Shown: positions 19,500 to 27,608 of the stretch, piece by piece
Layout of the letters: every line of letters begins with the position of its first letter
Numbering within the stretch: position 1 is the first letter of the stretch
Assembly (NCBI GenBank): GCA_016779505.1
Contig: JADHNM010000003.1
Location: 1-40,886, forward strand
Reading direction: 5' to 3'
DNA: 40,886 nucleotides
Source: SAR86 cluster bacterium
Lineage (GTDB): Bacteria; Pseudomonadota; Gammaproteobacteria; Magnimaribacterales; D2472
Made by a program: the position numbers and the translations under genes
Notes under the pieces: model-generated
What the model saw: the letters and a program-made list of their open reading frames with translations, nothing else
Database searches by the model: none
Told to the model about the DNA's origin: nothing

Positions 19500-20315
19500 A
19501 TGAATACAAAATTTAAATTAGCTCTACTGTCTGTACCTTTTTTATTTGTTATTTCGTGCTCTCAGTCAAATGAGGTACAGGAATCTAAGCCAGCTTGGGA
19601 TGCAACAAATTACACTATGTACAACGAGTTTATGCAATGCACAGCTGGAGCAGAATATAGTCAAGATGCTCTTAATAACATGATTGAATCATGGAGAGAT
19701 CTTGGATTGTCTGAATCTTTGCTTGGAGGCTGGGGTTATGTGTCAGTATCTCCTGAACAAAGTGATTTTAACAATTATTGGGAATTAAGCTGGTCTTCAA
19801 AAGAAGAAGCTGATGCAGCTTGGGCGGAATGGATAGCCAATGAAGATGCTATGGCATGGAGTGAGGGGTCCTCTAAAATTCTTCAATGTGATGGTGAAAA
19901 TAGAGATGGTTATGATTTTATTTTTCCATATGACCCTTATGCTTTTGGTGAAGCCCCAGAAGATGGTTCTTTTGCTGCAGCGTTTAGCCCTTGCACACTG
20001 AATGAGGGCATGGGGCAGGAAGACCTTAATCAAGCTTTGATTAGCTACAATGCTTGGCTTGATGCAATAGACCAATCTCAAGTAAGTGGTTTTTATGCAT
20101 ATGGACTTTATATTCCTGAAGATAAAACTCAAGCAGAAGATTTCTGGTTTGGGAATTTTCATGAAAATCTTGCAACCATGACTGAAGGCAATGAGTTATG
20201 GGAGGCTACTGGAGGTGATGCAAAGATTGAGCTCGAGTCTGTTAGTACATGTGGCGAACCTGAAGTATCTAATGGCCAGGTATTTTTTGATCCAGCTAAG
20301 CCAGATTTCTCTTAG
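19500..20315 (+). CDS. Uncharacterised acidic lipoprotein with an internal duplication
   Basis: 271 aa; signal peptide with lipobox VISC (Cys20); GAGGT SD at 19487-19491; followed by a terminator. Confidence 0.8.
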   Translation: MNTKFKLALLSVPFLFVISCSQSNEVQESKPAWDATNYTMYNEFMQCTAGAEYSQDALNNMIESWRDLGLSESLLGGWGYVSVSPEQSDFNNYWELSWSSKEEADAAWAEWIANEDAMAWSEGSSKILQCDGENRDGYDFIFPYDPYAFGEAPEDGSFAAAFSPCTLNEGMGQEDLNQALISYNAWLDAIDQSQVSGFYAYGLYIPEDKTQAEDFWFGNFHENLATMTEGNELWEATGGDAKIELESVSTCGEPEVSNGQVFFDPAKPDFS

Positions 20316-20329
20316 TCTTTACATCTTAG

Positions 20330-20360
20330 AAAAAAGAGTTGCACATGCAGCTCTTTTTTT
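20330..20360. terminator. Bidirectional rho-independent terminator
   Basis: AAAAAA-GAGTTGC-ACAT-GCAGCTC-TTTTTTT hairpin with A and T tracts on either side, between convergent lipoprotein and hflX genes. Confidence 0.8.
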
Positions 20361-21657
20361 ATGGAGAGACAGGTTTTAAATTTTTAAAAATCTCGATTTC
20401 TTCAAATTGCTCGAGCATGCTTTGAGAGATTGAAACCAATGATTGGTGTTGGCCATTTGCACTCATCTTCTCTTCCAAGATACAACCTGAATCAAATAAC
20501 TTCGAGCGTACAGATGCTTGTACGGGGGAGAAATGAACCCATCCAGATAATAACCCTCCAAATAACATCTCAGAAACTATATTTTTTAACTCTTCAAGAC
20601 CTTCGCCTGTCTCGCTTGATATTTTAATTTCAGGATGTAAATTATTTGCAGGCCATATATCTTCGTTTGTAATTAAATCAATTTTATTTAATGCTCTAAT
20701 TTGTGGCATAGAAGTAACCCCCAAATCATCAAGAATTAAATCCACTTCTTTAATTTTATAATCTCTATTCGTATCTGCAGCGTCAATAACATGAATCAAA
20801 AGATCGGCAGAGGCCAAATCATCCAATGTTGCTTTGAAGGATTCAATCAATTTGGTTGGAAGGTTAGATATAAACCCTACAGTGTCAGAAAAAAGAACTG
20901 TTTCAAGCGTTTTGAATTTAAACTCAGTACGTCTGGTGGTTGTATCTAATGTAGCAAATAATTTATCTTCAGCTTCAAGACCACCTTTTGTAAGCATGTT
21001 AAATAATGAGGTTTTGCCAGCATTTGTATAGCCAACCAAAGCGACTAATTTATTACTACTTTTTCTTCTTGAGTACCTATTTAAATTCTTTTGATTGTGT
21101 TGTTTGTCTAATTTTTTTTTGAGTTGTTTAATTCGATTACCAATTAATCTTCGATCAGTTTCAAGCTGAGTTTCTCCTGGACCTCGTAAGCCAATTCCGC
21201 CTTTTTGCCTTTCGAGATGACTCCACCCTCTGACTAATCGAGTTGATAAAAAACTGAGCTGAGCAAGCTCAACCTGCAGTTTTCCAATATCACTTTGAGC
21301 TCTAGCAGCAAAAATATCTAAGATTAGACCTGTTCTATCCAGCACTCTTGCGCATAATAATTTTTCTAAATTTCTTTCTTGAGAGGGAGAAAGCTCGCAA
21401 TCTAAAACTATTAACTTAATATTCTCTGATTCAACGATATTTTTGAGCTCATCAGCCTTGCCTTTGGTAAGAAAGTGGCTAGCAGATACAAAGTTTTGTT
21501 TTGAAAAAATATGATGTTCAACTGTCAGTCCAGATGATCTAGCAAGCTCAATGAATTCATTAGAGTTAAATTGTTCAAGATCATCTTGATTCGATCTCAG
21601 CAAATCAATTGAAACAATTATTGCTCTTCTATCTTCTGGGGCTGAAGTTTTTTCCAA
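20359..21657 (-). CDS. hflX: Ribosome rescue GTPase HflX
   Basis: LSPSQERNLE, ILDIFA.RA, GIGLRGPGETQLETDRR, GYTNAGKTSL, LFATLD, DTVGF, NKID; TTG start. Confidence 0.97.
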   Translation of the reverse strand: MEKTSAPEDRRAIIVSIDLLRSNQDDLEQFNSNEFIELARSSGLTVEHHIFSKQNFVSASHFLTKGKADELKNIVESENIKLIVLDCELSPSQERNLEKLLCARVLDRTGLILDIFAARAQSDIGKLQVELAQLSFLSTRLVRGWSHLERQKGGIGLRGPGETQLETDRRLIGNRIKQLKKKLDKQHNQKNLNRYSRRKSSNKLVALVGYTNAGKTSLFNMLTKGGLEAEDKLFATLDTTTRRTEFKFKTLETVLFSDTVGFISNLPTKLIESFKATLDDLASADLLIHVIDAADTNRDYKIKEVDLILDDLGVTSMPQIRALNKIDLITNEDIWPANNLHPEIKISSETGEGLEELKNIVSEMLFGGLLSGWVHFSPVQASVRSKLFDSGCILEEKMSANGQHQSLVSISQSMLEQFEEIEIFKNLKPVSP

Positions 21658-21786
21658 ATTTTAAAGTTACATTATATTTTTTGAAGACTTCCATTGTACG
21701 AAATTACATTGCAAAAACATACTTTAAGATTTGCAAATCTGCTTTGATTTCTCCACAATCCATTCTTTTCATTAATAATAAAAAAT

Positions 21787-22260
21787 ATGTATGACTTATA
21801 CCCATATGTAGGTAAAACAGTGACAGTCACTAAAGACATGTGTGATTTTAATGGCCACATGAATGTTAACTATATTAAAGAGGTCTTTGAGCAAGCCTGG
21901 GAGTTTGCAAATGAAGAATTTGGTTTAAATGAAGAATATTTAGCAAGTGGTTTTTCAAGCTTTACTCTCGAAGACAACTACAGATTTCAAAAAGAATTTC
22001 TATTGGGAGATAAGATTTTTCCTAGATTTAGATTATTTAATGTTAATGAAAAACTTTTTCATATGATTGGAGTTTTGTTTGATAAGAATGGGATAATTTC
22101 AGCCATGTATGAAACAGTAGAGGGCCATATCGATATGAAACAAAGAAAAATTGCGCCCATGGACCCACAAAGACTTGCAAAGGTTTTGGCAATCAAAGAA
22201 GCACACGATCTAACTGGTAAAGTTCCTTATGACATCAGACTCAAAATTAGAGATTTATAA
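21787..22260 (+). CDS. Hotdog-fold acyl-CoA thioesterase (4HBT-like)
   Basis: DFNGHMNV.Y motif; 157 aa. Confidence 0.78.
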   Translation: MYDLYPYVGKTVTVTKDMCDFNGHMNVNYIKEVFEQAWEFANEEFGLNEEYLASGFSSFTLEDNYRFQKEFLLGDKIFPRFRLFNVNEKLFHMIGVLFDKNGIISAMYETVEGHIDMKQRKIAPMDPQRLAKVLAIKEAHDLTGKVPYDIRLKIRDL

Positions 22261-22279
22261 ACCATCGGCAGGAGATTTT

Positions 22280-23077
22280 ATGAATAAAAAATATGCATTA
22301 ATTACAGGAGGAACTGCTGGAATAGGTCTTGATATTGCTAGAGAGCTTGCCAGGCAGGGATATAATATTCTTCTAACAGCAAGACGAGAGGAAAGACTAA
22401 TAGAAATATCTGCTTCCTTAGCAGAAGAATTTAACATTGATTGTAATTATATTGCTGCAGATTTAGCTCAAGTTTCAGCACCAGAAATCATCTATAACTT
22501 TTGCTCTGAAAATGATTTTGTAGTTGAAATATTGGTTAACAATGCTGGGTATAGCATTAATAAGAAGTTTCATGAAACTGATGAAGAGGAAGAGGAGAAA
22601 TTTCTAAGAGTATTAGGTATAGCAGTTGTGGCTCTTACGAAAAAATTTATTCCAAGTATGCTCGAGCACAAACATGGCAAAATTATGATGGTTTCCTCTC
22701 TTGCTTCTTTTGCACCTCCATCATCTGGCTGGGGCGCCCTTTATGGACCTGTCAAAACTTTTGTTAATCGATTTGGAGATGCAATAAATATTAACTATCG
22801 TTCAAAAGGAATCACTTCTACAAATGTATGCCCTGGATTCACTGTAACTGAATTTCATACAGCTAGCGGAATGCAAGATGCTATGGATAAAGTTCCAGCT
22901 TTTATGAAAAAGGACTCAAAGACTGTTGCAGTTGGGGCAGTTAAAGCAATGATGAAAGGAAGAAGTGTATGGGTGCCTGGAATATTAAATAAAATACTGG
23001 CATTTTTATGCAATATATTGCCGACAAGCATTGTAATTAAAATGAGCTCTAGCTTAGCCGGGGGTCGCTATGAATGA
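22280..23077 (+). CDS. Short-chain dehydrogenase/reductase
   Basis: TGGTAGIG, NNAG, YGPVK; start moved to ATG 22280 behind AGGAG. Confidence 0.9.
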   Translation: MNKKYALITGGTAGIGLDIARELARQGYNILLTARREERLIEISASLAEEFNIDCNYIAADLAQVSAPEIIYNFCSENDFVVEILVNNAGYSINKKFHETDEEEEEKFLRVLGIAVVALTKKFIPSMLEHKHGKIMMVSSLASFAPPSSGWGALYGPVKTFVNRFGDAININYRSKGITSTNVCPGFTVTEFHTASGMQDAMDKVPAFMKKDSKTVAVGAVKAMMKGRSVWVPGILNKILAFLCNILPTSIVIKMSSSLAGGRYE

Positions 23078-23306
23078 GATCGTTAATATCTCAGAAAAAA
23101 GAATTCTACCAACTTTTTTGCTTTTTATTGTCTTGTCTTGGCCGCTAGGAGCACATAGATTTTTTTTGAGACGTTATGCCTCTGCTATTTTATTTATTAT
23201 CACAATTGGTGGTTGCGGCATTTGGTGGATAGTAGATTTTATTCTGATAGTCACCGGTTCCATGAAAGATGATCAGGGAAAATTATTGAAGCTATGGGTA
23301 GACTAG
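23070..23306 (+). CDS. TM2 domain membrane protein
   Basis: LGAHRFFL...TIGGCGIWWIVDFILI.TG..KD..G TM2 signature. Confidence 0.85.
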   Translation: MNEIVNISEKRILPTFLLFIVLSWPLGAHRFFLRRYASAILFIITIGGCGIWWIVDFILIVTGSMKDDQGKLLKLWVD

Positions 23307-23959
23307 GCTGGGTTTAAGATTGAGTCAGCTACAAAAGCATTATCTTTTCTCTCTTGCCCAAATGTAGAAACTGGCCCATGGCCTGAAATAAATAAAATCT
23401 CCTCTCCAAGAGGCCAAAGTTTTTGAGTTATTGAGTCCAATAAATCTTGATGGTTACCTCTAGGCAAATCGGTTCTTCCAATTGACCCGCGAAATAACAC
23501 ATCTCCAACAGCAGCTAGTTTTGATTCAGGATGGTAAAAAACAATATGTCCCGGTGTGTGTCCTGGACAAAAAATAACTTTAAGGGTTTCATGACCTAGC
23601 TGTACCTCATCTCCATCATCAAGCCATCTATCTGGAGTGCAGTTCTGAGCTTGCATTCCAAACATTTTTCCTTGAGATTCCAGCGACTCAAGAAGAAATA
23701 AGTCTTCTCGATGGGGCCCCTCAATCTCTAAGGACAGGATGTTTGCTAGCTCATTGGCCGCACCAGCATGATCAGCATGACCATGAGTGAGAAAAATCTT
23801 TTCTGGAATTAAACCGTTGTCTTTTGCAGCTCCCAAAAGAATATCTATGTCACCACCCGGATCAATAAAGGCACATTTTTTTGATTCTTCGCAATATAAA
23901 ATAGGCGCATTTTGCTGAAATGGCGTGACCGGATGAATTAATGCTTTAATCAGAGACAT
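23303..23959 (-). CDS. Metallo-beta-lactamase fold hydrolase (YcbL/GloC-like)
   Basis: THGHADH, PGHTPGH, GDVLF.GSIGRTD.P.G, SGHGP. Confidence 0.9.
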   Translation of the reverse strand: MSLIKALIHPVTPFQQNAPILYCEESKKCAFIDPGGDIDILLGAAKDNGLIPEKIFLTHGHADHAGAANELANILSLEIEGPHREDLFLLESLESQGKMFGMQAQNCTPDRWLDDGDEVQLGHETLKVIFCPGHTPGHIVFYHPESKLAAVGDVLFRGSIGRTDLPRGNHQDLLDSITQKLWPLGEEILFISGHGPVSTFGQERKDNAFVADSILNPA

Positions 23960-23975
23960 TTGACTATTTTATAGA

Positions 23976-24068
23976 ATTTATACATAACAATGGATACTTT
24001 TATGCTTTTCATGATAGTTCGTAATTAATAGACGAATAATTATGTATAAATAAATTGAATGATAGAAT
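23976..24068. promoter_or_regulatory. Divergent promoter region with inverted repeats and an extended -10 for the steroid operon
   Basis: ATTTATACATAA (23976-23987) / TTATGTATAAAT (24040-24051); TTCGT-N9-ACGAA (24018-24036); TGnTAGAAT (24060-24068). SD TAAGGAG lies just downstream at 24108-24114. Confidence 0.5.
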
Positions 24069-24118
24069 TAATAATGAAAACATAAGATATTAATTAATTT
24101 TTTTATTTAAGGAGCGAC

Positions 24119-25021
24119 ATGAAAATACAATCTTTAAGTTACCTGCTAATCGAAACAACAGATCTTCAGGAATGGGCTGATTATGCAAAAGATGTCGTTG
24201 GTTTAATGAAAAATGATTCTCTCAGCGATGAGTATAATCTTTATCTTCGTATGGATGAAAAATCTTTCAGATTTCATGTGATGACTGGTGATTCAAAACG
24301 ATATCTTGCTGCCGGTTTATCTTTATCAGACAAATCTGCATTTGAAGATGCAAAAAATGAATTGGAGAAAGCAAACATTCCTTTTGAATATTTAGGTGAT
24401 GAGATAGCAAAATTAAGGTGTGTTGAGGAGTGTATTGGATTAAATGATCCTGCAGGCAACAGACTAGAGCTATCTTATGGGAGCAAGAATTCCTCTGAGC
24501 CTTTTGTCTCAACTCAGAACATCAAAGGGTTTATTACTAAAGGACTTGGTTTTGGCCATGTGGTTTTTGCTGCGCCTGATTTAGAGACTACGCACAGGTT
24601 TTACATAGATGTTTTGGGTTTTGGAGATTCTGATTATATGAATTTTCCAATGGGACCAGCTCCAGATGCACCCGAAGTTAAATTAAACTTTATGCATTGT
24701 GACAACCCAAGACATCACACGGTTGCCTTGTATGAATCCCCAATTCCACCGTCAGGACTTATACATACCATGGTAGAGGTAAACGACATTGATGAAGTTG
24801 GTTATGGGCTTGATAGAGCCATACAAAATAATATTCATATCTCTTCTTCCCTAGGCAGGCACTCTAATGACATGATGGTTTCATTTTATATGCAGACACC
24901 ATCAGGTTTTGATTTGGAATTTGGTTACGATGGATGGCAGGTAGATTGGGATAACTTTGAGACTCAAAAGAGCAAGATTCCAAGTTTTTGGGGTCATACT
25001 TTCTCACCACCAGAAAATTAG
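24119..25021 (+). CDS. hsaC: Type I extradiol ring-cleavage dioxygenase, TesB/HsaC-like
   Basis: Two VOC domains; GFGHVV, HCDNPRHHT, LIHTMVEV, LGRHSND.M.SFY.QTPSGF.LEFG; directly upstream of ipdAB, as tesB is in Comamonas. Confidence 0.82.
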   Translation: MKIQSLSYLLIETTDLQEWADYAKDVVGLMKNDSLSDEYNLYLRMDEKSFRFHVMTGDSKRYLAAGLSLSDKSAFEDAKNELEKANIPFEYLGDEIAKLRCVEECIGLNDPAGNRLELSYGSKNSSEPFVSTQNIKGFITKGLGFGHVVFAAPDLETTHRFYIDVLGFGDSDYMNFPMGPAPDAPEVKLNFMHCDNPRHHTVALYESPIPPSGLIHTMVEVNDIDEVGYGLDRAIQNNIHISSSLGRHSNDMMVSFYMQTPSGFDLEFGYDGWQVDWDNFETQKSKIPSFWGHTFSPPEN

Positions 25022-25023
25022 CA

Positions 25024-25893
25024 ATGAACAAAATAGTTACTTACAAAGACATAATCGATCAGATGTCCGATGGAATGACTATCGGGGTTGGGGGTTGGGG
25101 TGCCCGTAGAAAACCTATGTCTTTAATAAGAGAGATTTGCAAATCAGATTTAAAGGATTTAACTGTTGTTAGTTATGGGGGCCCTGATGTTGGGTTATTG
25201 TGTGCTCATAAAAAAGTTAAAAAATTAATTTTTGGCTTTGTTTCATTGGATATGATCCCACTGGAAGCACACTTTCGCCAAGCTCGTCAAAAAAATGAAA
25301 TTGAAGTTATGGAGCTTGATGAGGGAATGGTGCAATGGGGTCTTCGAGCTGCTGCGATGCATTTACCGTTTTTACCTACTAGGGTGGGCTTGGGAACAGA
25401 TGTTTTAACGCATAATCCAGAATTAAAATTTGTTAGTTCACCATACCCTGATGCTGAAAAACTTGTTGCGATGCCTGCTCTGAATCTTGATGTTGCCTTA
25501 CTTCATGTAAATAAATCAGATGAAAAGGGCAATACTCAGATCGTTGGACCCGATCCATTTTTTGATGAACTCTTTGCAAGAGCTGCTAGTAAAACTTTTG
25601 TTTCAACAGAAGAGGTTGTAACAACAGAAGAGTTAGGAGGTAAAGATGGAGCAATGTTCAATAGGTTTGAAAGAAGCCTAGTTACTGGGGTATTACATTC
25701 ACCCTATGGAGCTCATCCAACTTCGTGCGCACCTAATTATGGTTTTGATATGCAGCATTTAAAAGAGTATTCAGATGCAGCAAAATCTTTTGATGAATAC
25801 AGTTCTAAATATCTTAATAAGACACATGAAGACTATATCGACTCTGTTGGGGGGTCCGAAGTAATTCAAAAAATACCTTTACCGCAATTTTAA
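25024..25893 (+). CDS. ipdA: Steroid ring-cleaving hydrolase subunit IpdA (ScdL1)
   Basis: GGWG.RRKPM, GFVSLD.IPLE.HF, DEGM, LPFLP.R.GLG.D, GAH.TSC.P.YG; start moved to ATG 25024. Confidence 0.9.
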   Translation: MNKIVTYKDIIDQMSDGMTIGVGGWGARRKPMSLIREICKSDLKDLTVVSYGGPDVGLLCAHKKVKKLIFGFVSLDMIPLEAHFRQARQKNEIEVMELDEGMVQWGLRAAAMHLPFLPTRVGLGTDVLTHNPELKFVSSPYPDAEKLVAMPALNLDVALLHVNKSDEKGNTQIVGPDPFFDELFARAASKTFVSTEEVVTTEELGGKDGAMFNRFERSLVTGVLHSPYGAHPTSCAPNYGFDMQHLKEYSDAAKSFDEYSSKYLNKTHEDYIDSVGGSEVIQKIPLPQF

Positions 25894-25894
25894 C

Positions 25895-26650
25895 ATGTCA
25901 GACTCACCTTCATTAGCAGAAATTTGTATTAGCGCATCTTCAAAGGCATGGCATGGAGATGGAGAAATTCTTGCTACGGGCATTGGTTTAATTCCAAGGA
26001 TAGCAGCAGGATTGGCAAAGTTAACACATAACCCAGATTTGATGATGACTGATGGTGAAACCTATCTTATTTCTAGGCCGGTCCCTATGGGTAAAAGGGA
26101 TGTTTCCAATGATCAGGTTGAAGGATACATGAGCTACAGTCGTGTATTTGAGAATTTATGGGGAGGTAAGAGACACGCCATGGTTACCCCAACGCAAATA
26201 GACTCTTTTGGGCAAACTAATATAAGCGCCATTGGTGATTACAATTCTCCAAAAGTTCAACTTCTTGGTGTAAGAGGTTTTCCAGGAAACTTTATTAATC
26301 ATAAAAACTCTATTTTTATACCCAATCATTCTGTAAAGACCTTTGTCGAAGGAGAGGTAGATATGGTTTCAGGAATGGGTTTTAAGAATAAAGATTTGTC
26401 AAACGGAAAGTTTGAAATCAAGCTCGTAGTTACAAACCTTGGTGTGTTTGATTTCAGTGGAGAGAACAATAATCTTCAATTACTGAGCCTGCATCCAGGT
26501 GTTAATGTTGATGATGTAGTTACAAATACTGGCTTTGATGTACTCATTAAATCAGATGAAATTACCTCAATGCCCTCTAATGAAGAACTAACTTTAATAA
26601 GAGAAGTTCTTGACCCTCAAGGCTTTCGCAATTCAATTTTTGGAGAATAA
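25895..26650 (+). CDS. ipdB: Steroid ring-cleaving hydrolase subunit IpdB (ScdL2)
   Basis: W.GDGEILA, TDGE, VEG, G.RH.M, QID.FGQTNISAIG, QLLGVRG.PGN..NH, SLHPGV. Confidence 0.9.
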   Translation: MSDSPSLAEICISASSKAWHGDGEILATGIGLIPRIAAGLAKLTHNPDLMMTDGETYLISRPVPMGKRDVSNDQVEGYMSYSRVFENLWGGKRHAMVTPTQIDSFGQTNISAIGDYNSPKVQLLGVRGFPGNFINHKNSIFIPNHSVKTFVEGEVDMVSGMGFKNKDLSNGKFEIKLVVTNLGVFDFSGENNNLQLLSLHPGVNVDDVVTNTGFDVLIKSDEITSMPSNEELTLIREVLDPQGFRNSIFGE

Positions 26651-26654
26651 AAAC

Positions 26655-27575
26655 ATGCCTAGAAGTAAACCTACAATTACCTATAAAAAGAAAGATCAAA
26701 TTGCAATCATTTCTATGAATAGGCCTGAATACAATAATGCTCAAAATGGCAAGATGACTTATGACCTAGACAAGGCTTTTAAAAGAGCGATTGATGATGA
26801 TGAGATTAAGGTTATTGTATTAAAAGGCAATGGCAAGCATTTTTCAGCAGGCCATGACATTGGAACACCTGGAAGAGATGTTGATGTTGAATATGATCGA
26901 AAATCAATGTGGTATGACCATACAAACAAACCTGGCGGCGAGTTTTGGTATGTGAGAGAGCAAGAAGTTTACTTGAATATGTGTAGACGCTGGAGAGATA
27001 TGCCTAAACCAACAATTGCTATGGTGCATGGAGCTTGTGTTGCAGGTGGCTGCATGTTGGCTTGGGTATGCGATCTTATTATTGCTTCCGAGGATGCTTT
27101 TTTTGCTGATCCTGTTGTGCGCATGGGAATTCCAGGGGTGGAGTACTTTGCTCATCCATATGAGTTGAACCCCAGAATTGCAAAAGAATTTTTATTTTTA
27201 GGAGAGAGAATGTCCTCATCAAGAGCCTATGAAATGGGCATGGTTAATAAGGTTGTTCCAATTGAGAATCTTGAGTCAACCGTTATGGAGATGGCCAAAA
27301 AAATATCTGCAATGCCAAGACTAGGTTTAACTTTAACAAAACAGGCTATTAATCACGTAGAAGACCTTCAAGGCAAAAGGAATGGAATGGAAGCTGCATT
27401 TGCATGGCATCATTTTGCTCATGCTCATAATGACCTAACTACTGGGAATATTTTATCTGGATTTGATGCCAAAAAAATGGCTAAATCTCAGCGAACTGCA
27501 TCTAAAAAAACTTCTGCAAAAAAGCCTGCAACTAATGCAGCTAAAAAACCTGATTTAAAGAAGAAAAAAAAATAG
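26655..27575 (+). CDS. Enoyl-CoA hydratase, EchA13/ScdN-like, with Lys-rich C-terminal tail
   Basis: NRPEY.NAQN..M.Y.LD.AF, GKHFSAGHDIG, DPVVRMGIPGVEYFAH; start moved to ATG 26655. Confidence 0.82.
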   Translation: MPRSKPTITYKKKDQIAIISMNRPEYNNAQNGKMTYDLDKAFKRAIDDDEIKVIVLKGNGKHFSAGHDIGTPGRDVDVEYDRKSMWYDHTNKPGGEFWYVREQEVYLNMCRRWRDMPKPTIAMVHGACVAGGCMLAWVCDLIIASEDAFFADPVVRMGIPGVEYFAHPYELNPRIAKEFLFLGERMSSSRAYEMGMVNKVVPIENLESTVMEMAKKISAMPRLGLTLTKQAINHVEDLQGKRNGMEAAFAWHHFAHAHNDLTTGNILSGFDAKKMAKSQRTASKKTSAKKPATNAAKKPDLKKKKK

Positions 27576-27608
27576 AAGAGACACATTATCAATAAATTAA
27601 CTGACATT

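Noticed and set aside
21704-21772. 22-codon minus-strand ORF (MKRMDCGEIKADLQILKYVFAM) as an hflX leader peptide
   Set aside because: No SD, no attenuator hairpin and no recognisable stalling motif; could easily be chance.
21672-21860. 62-aa minus-strand ORF upstream of hflX as possible hfq
   Set aside because: No resemblance to Hfq Sm motifs (NGIKL, YKHAIST), and it overlaps the thioesterase gene antisense.
23303-23959. Beta-lactamase resistance gene
   Set aside because: No signal peptide; motifs match the housekeeping YcbL/GloC glyoxalase II-like group.
14485-24000. Possible tRNA-Ser-anchored genomic island or prophage
   Set aside because: No integrase, transposase or phage genes; I did not spot a repeat of the tRNA 3' end; the region includes core hflX and shows no obvious compositional shift by eye.
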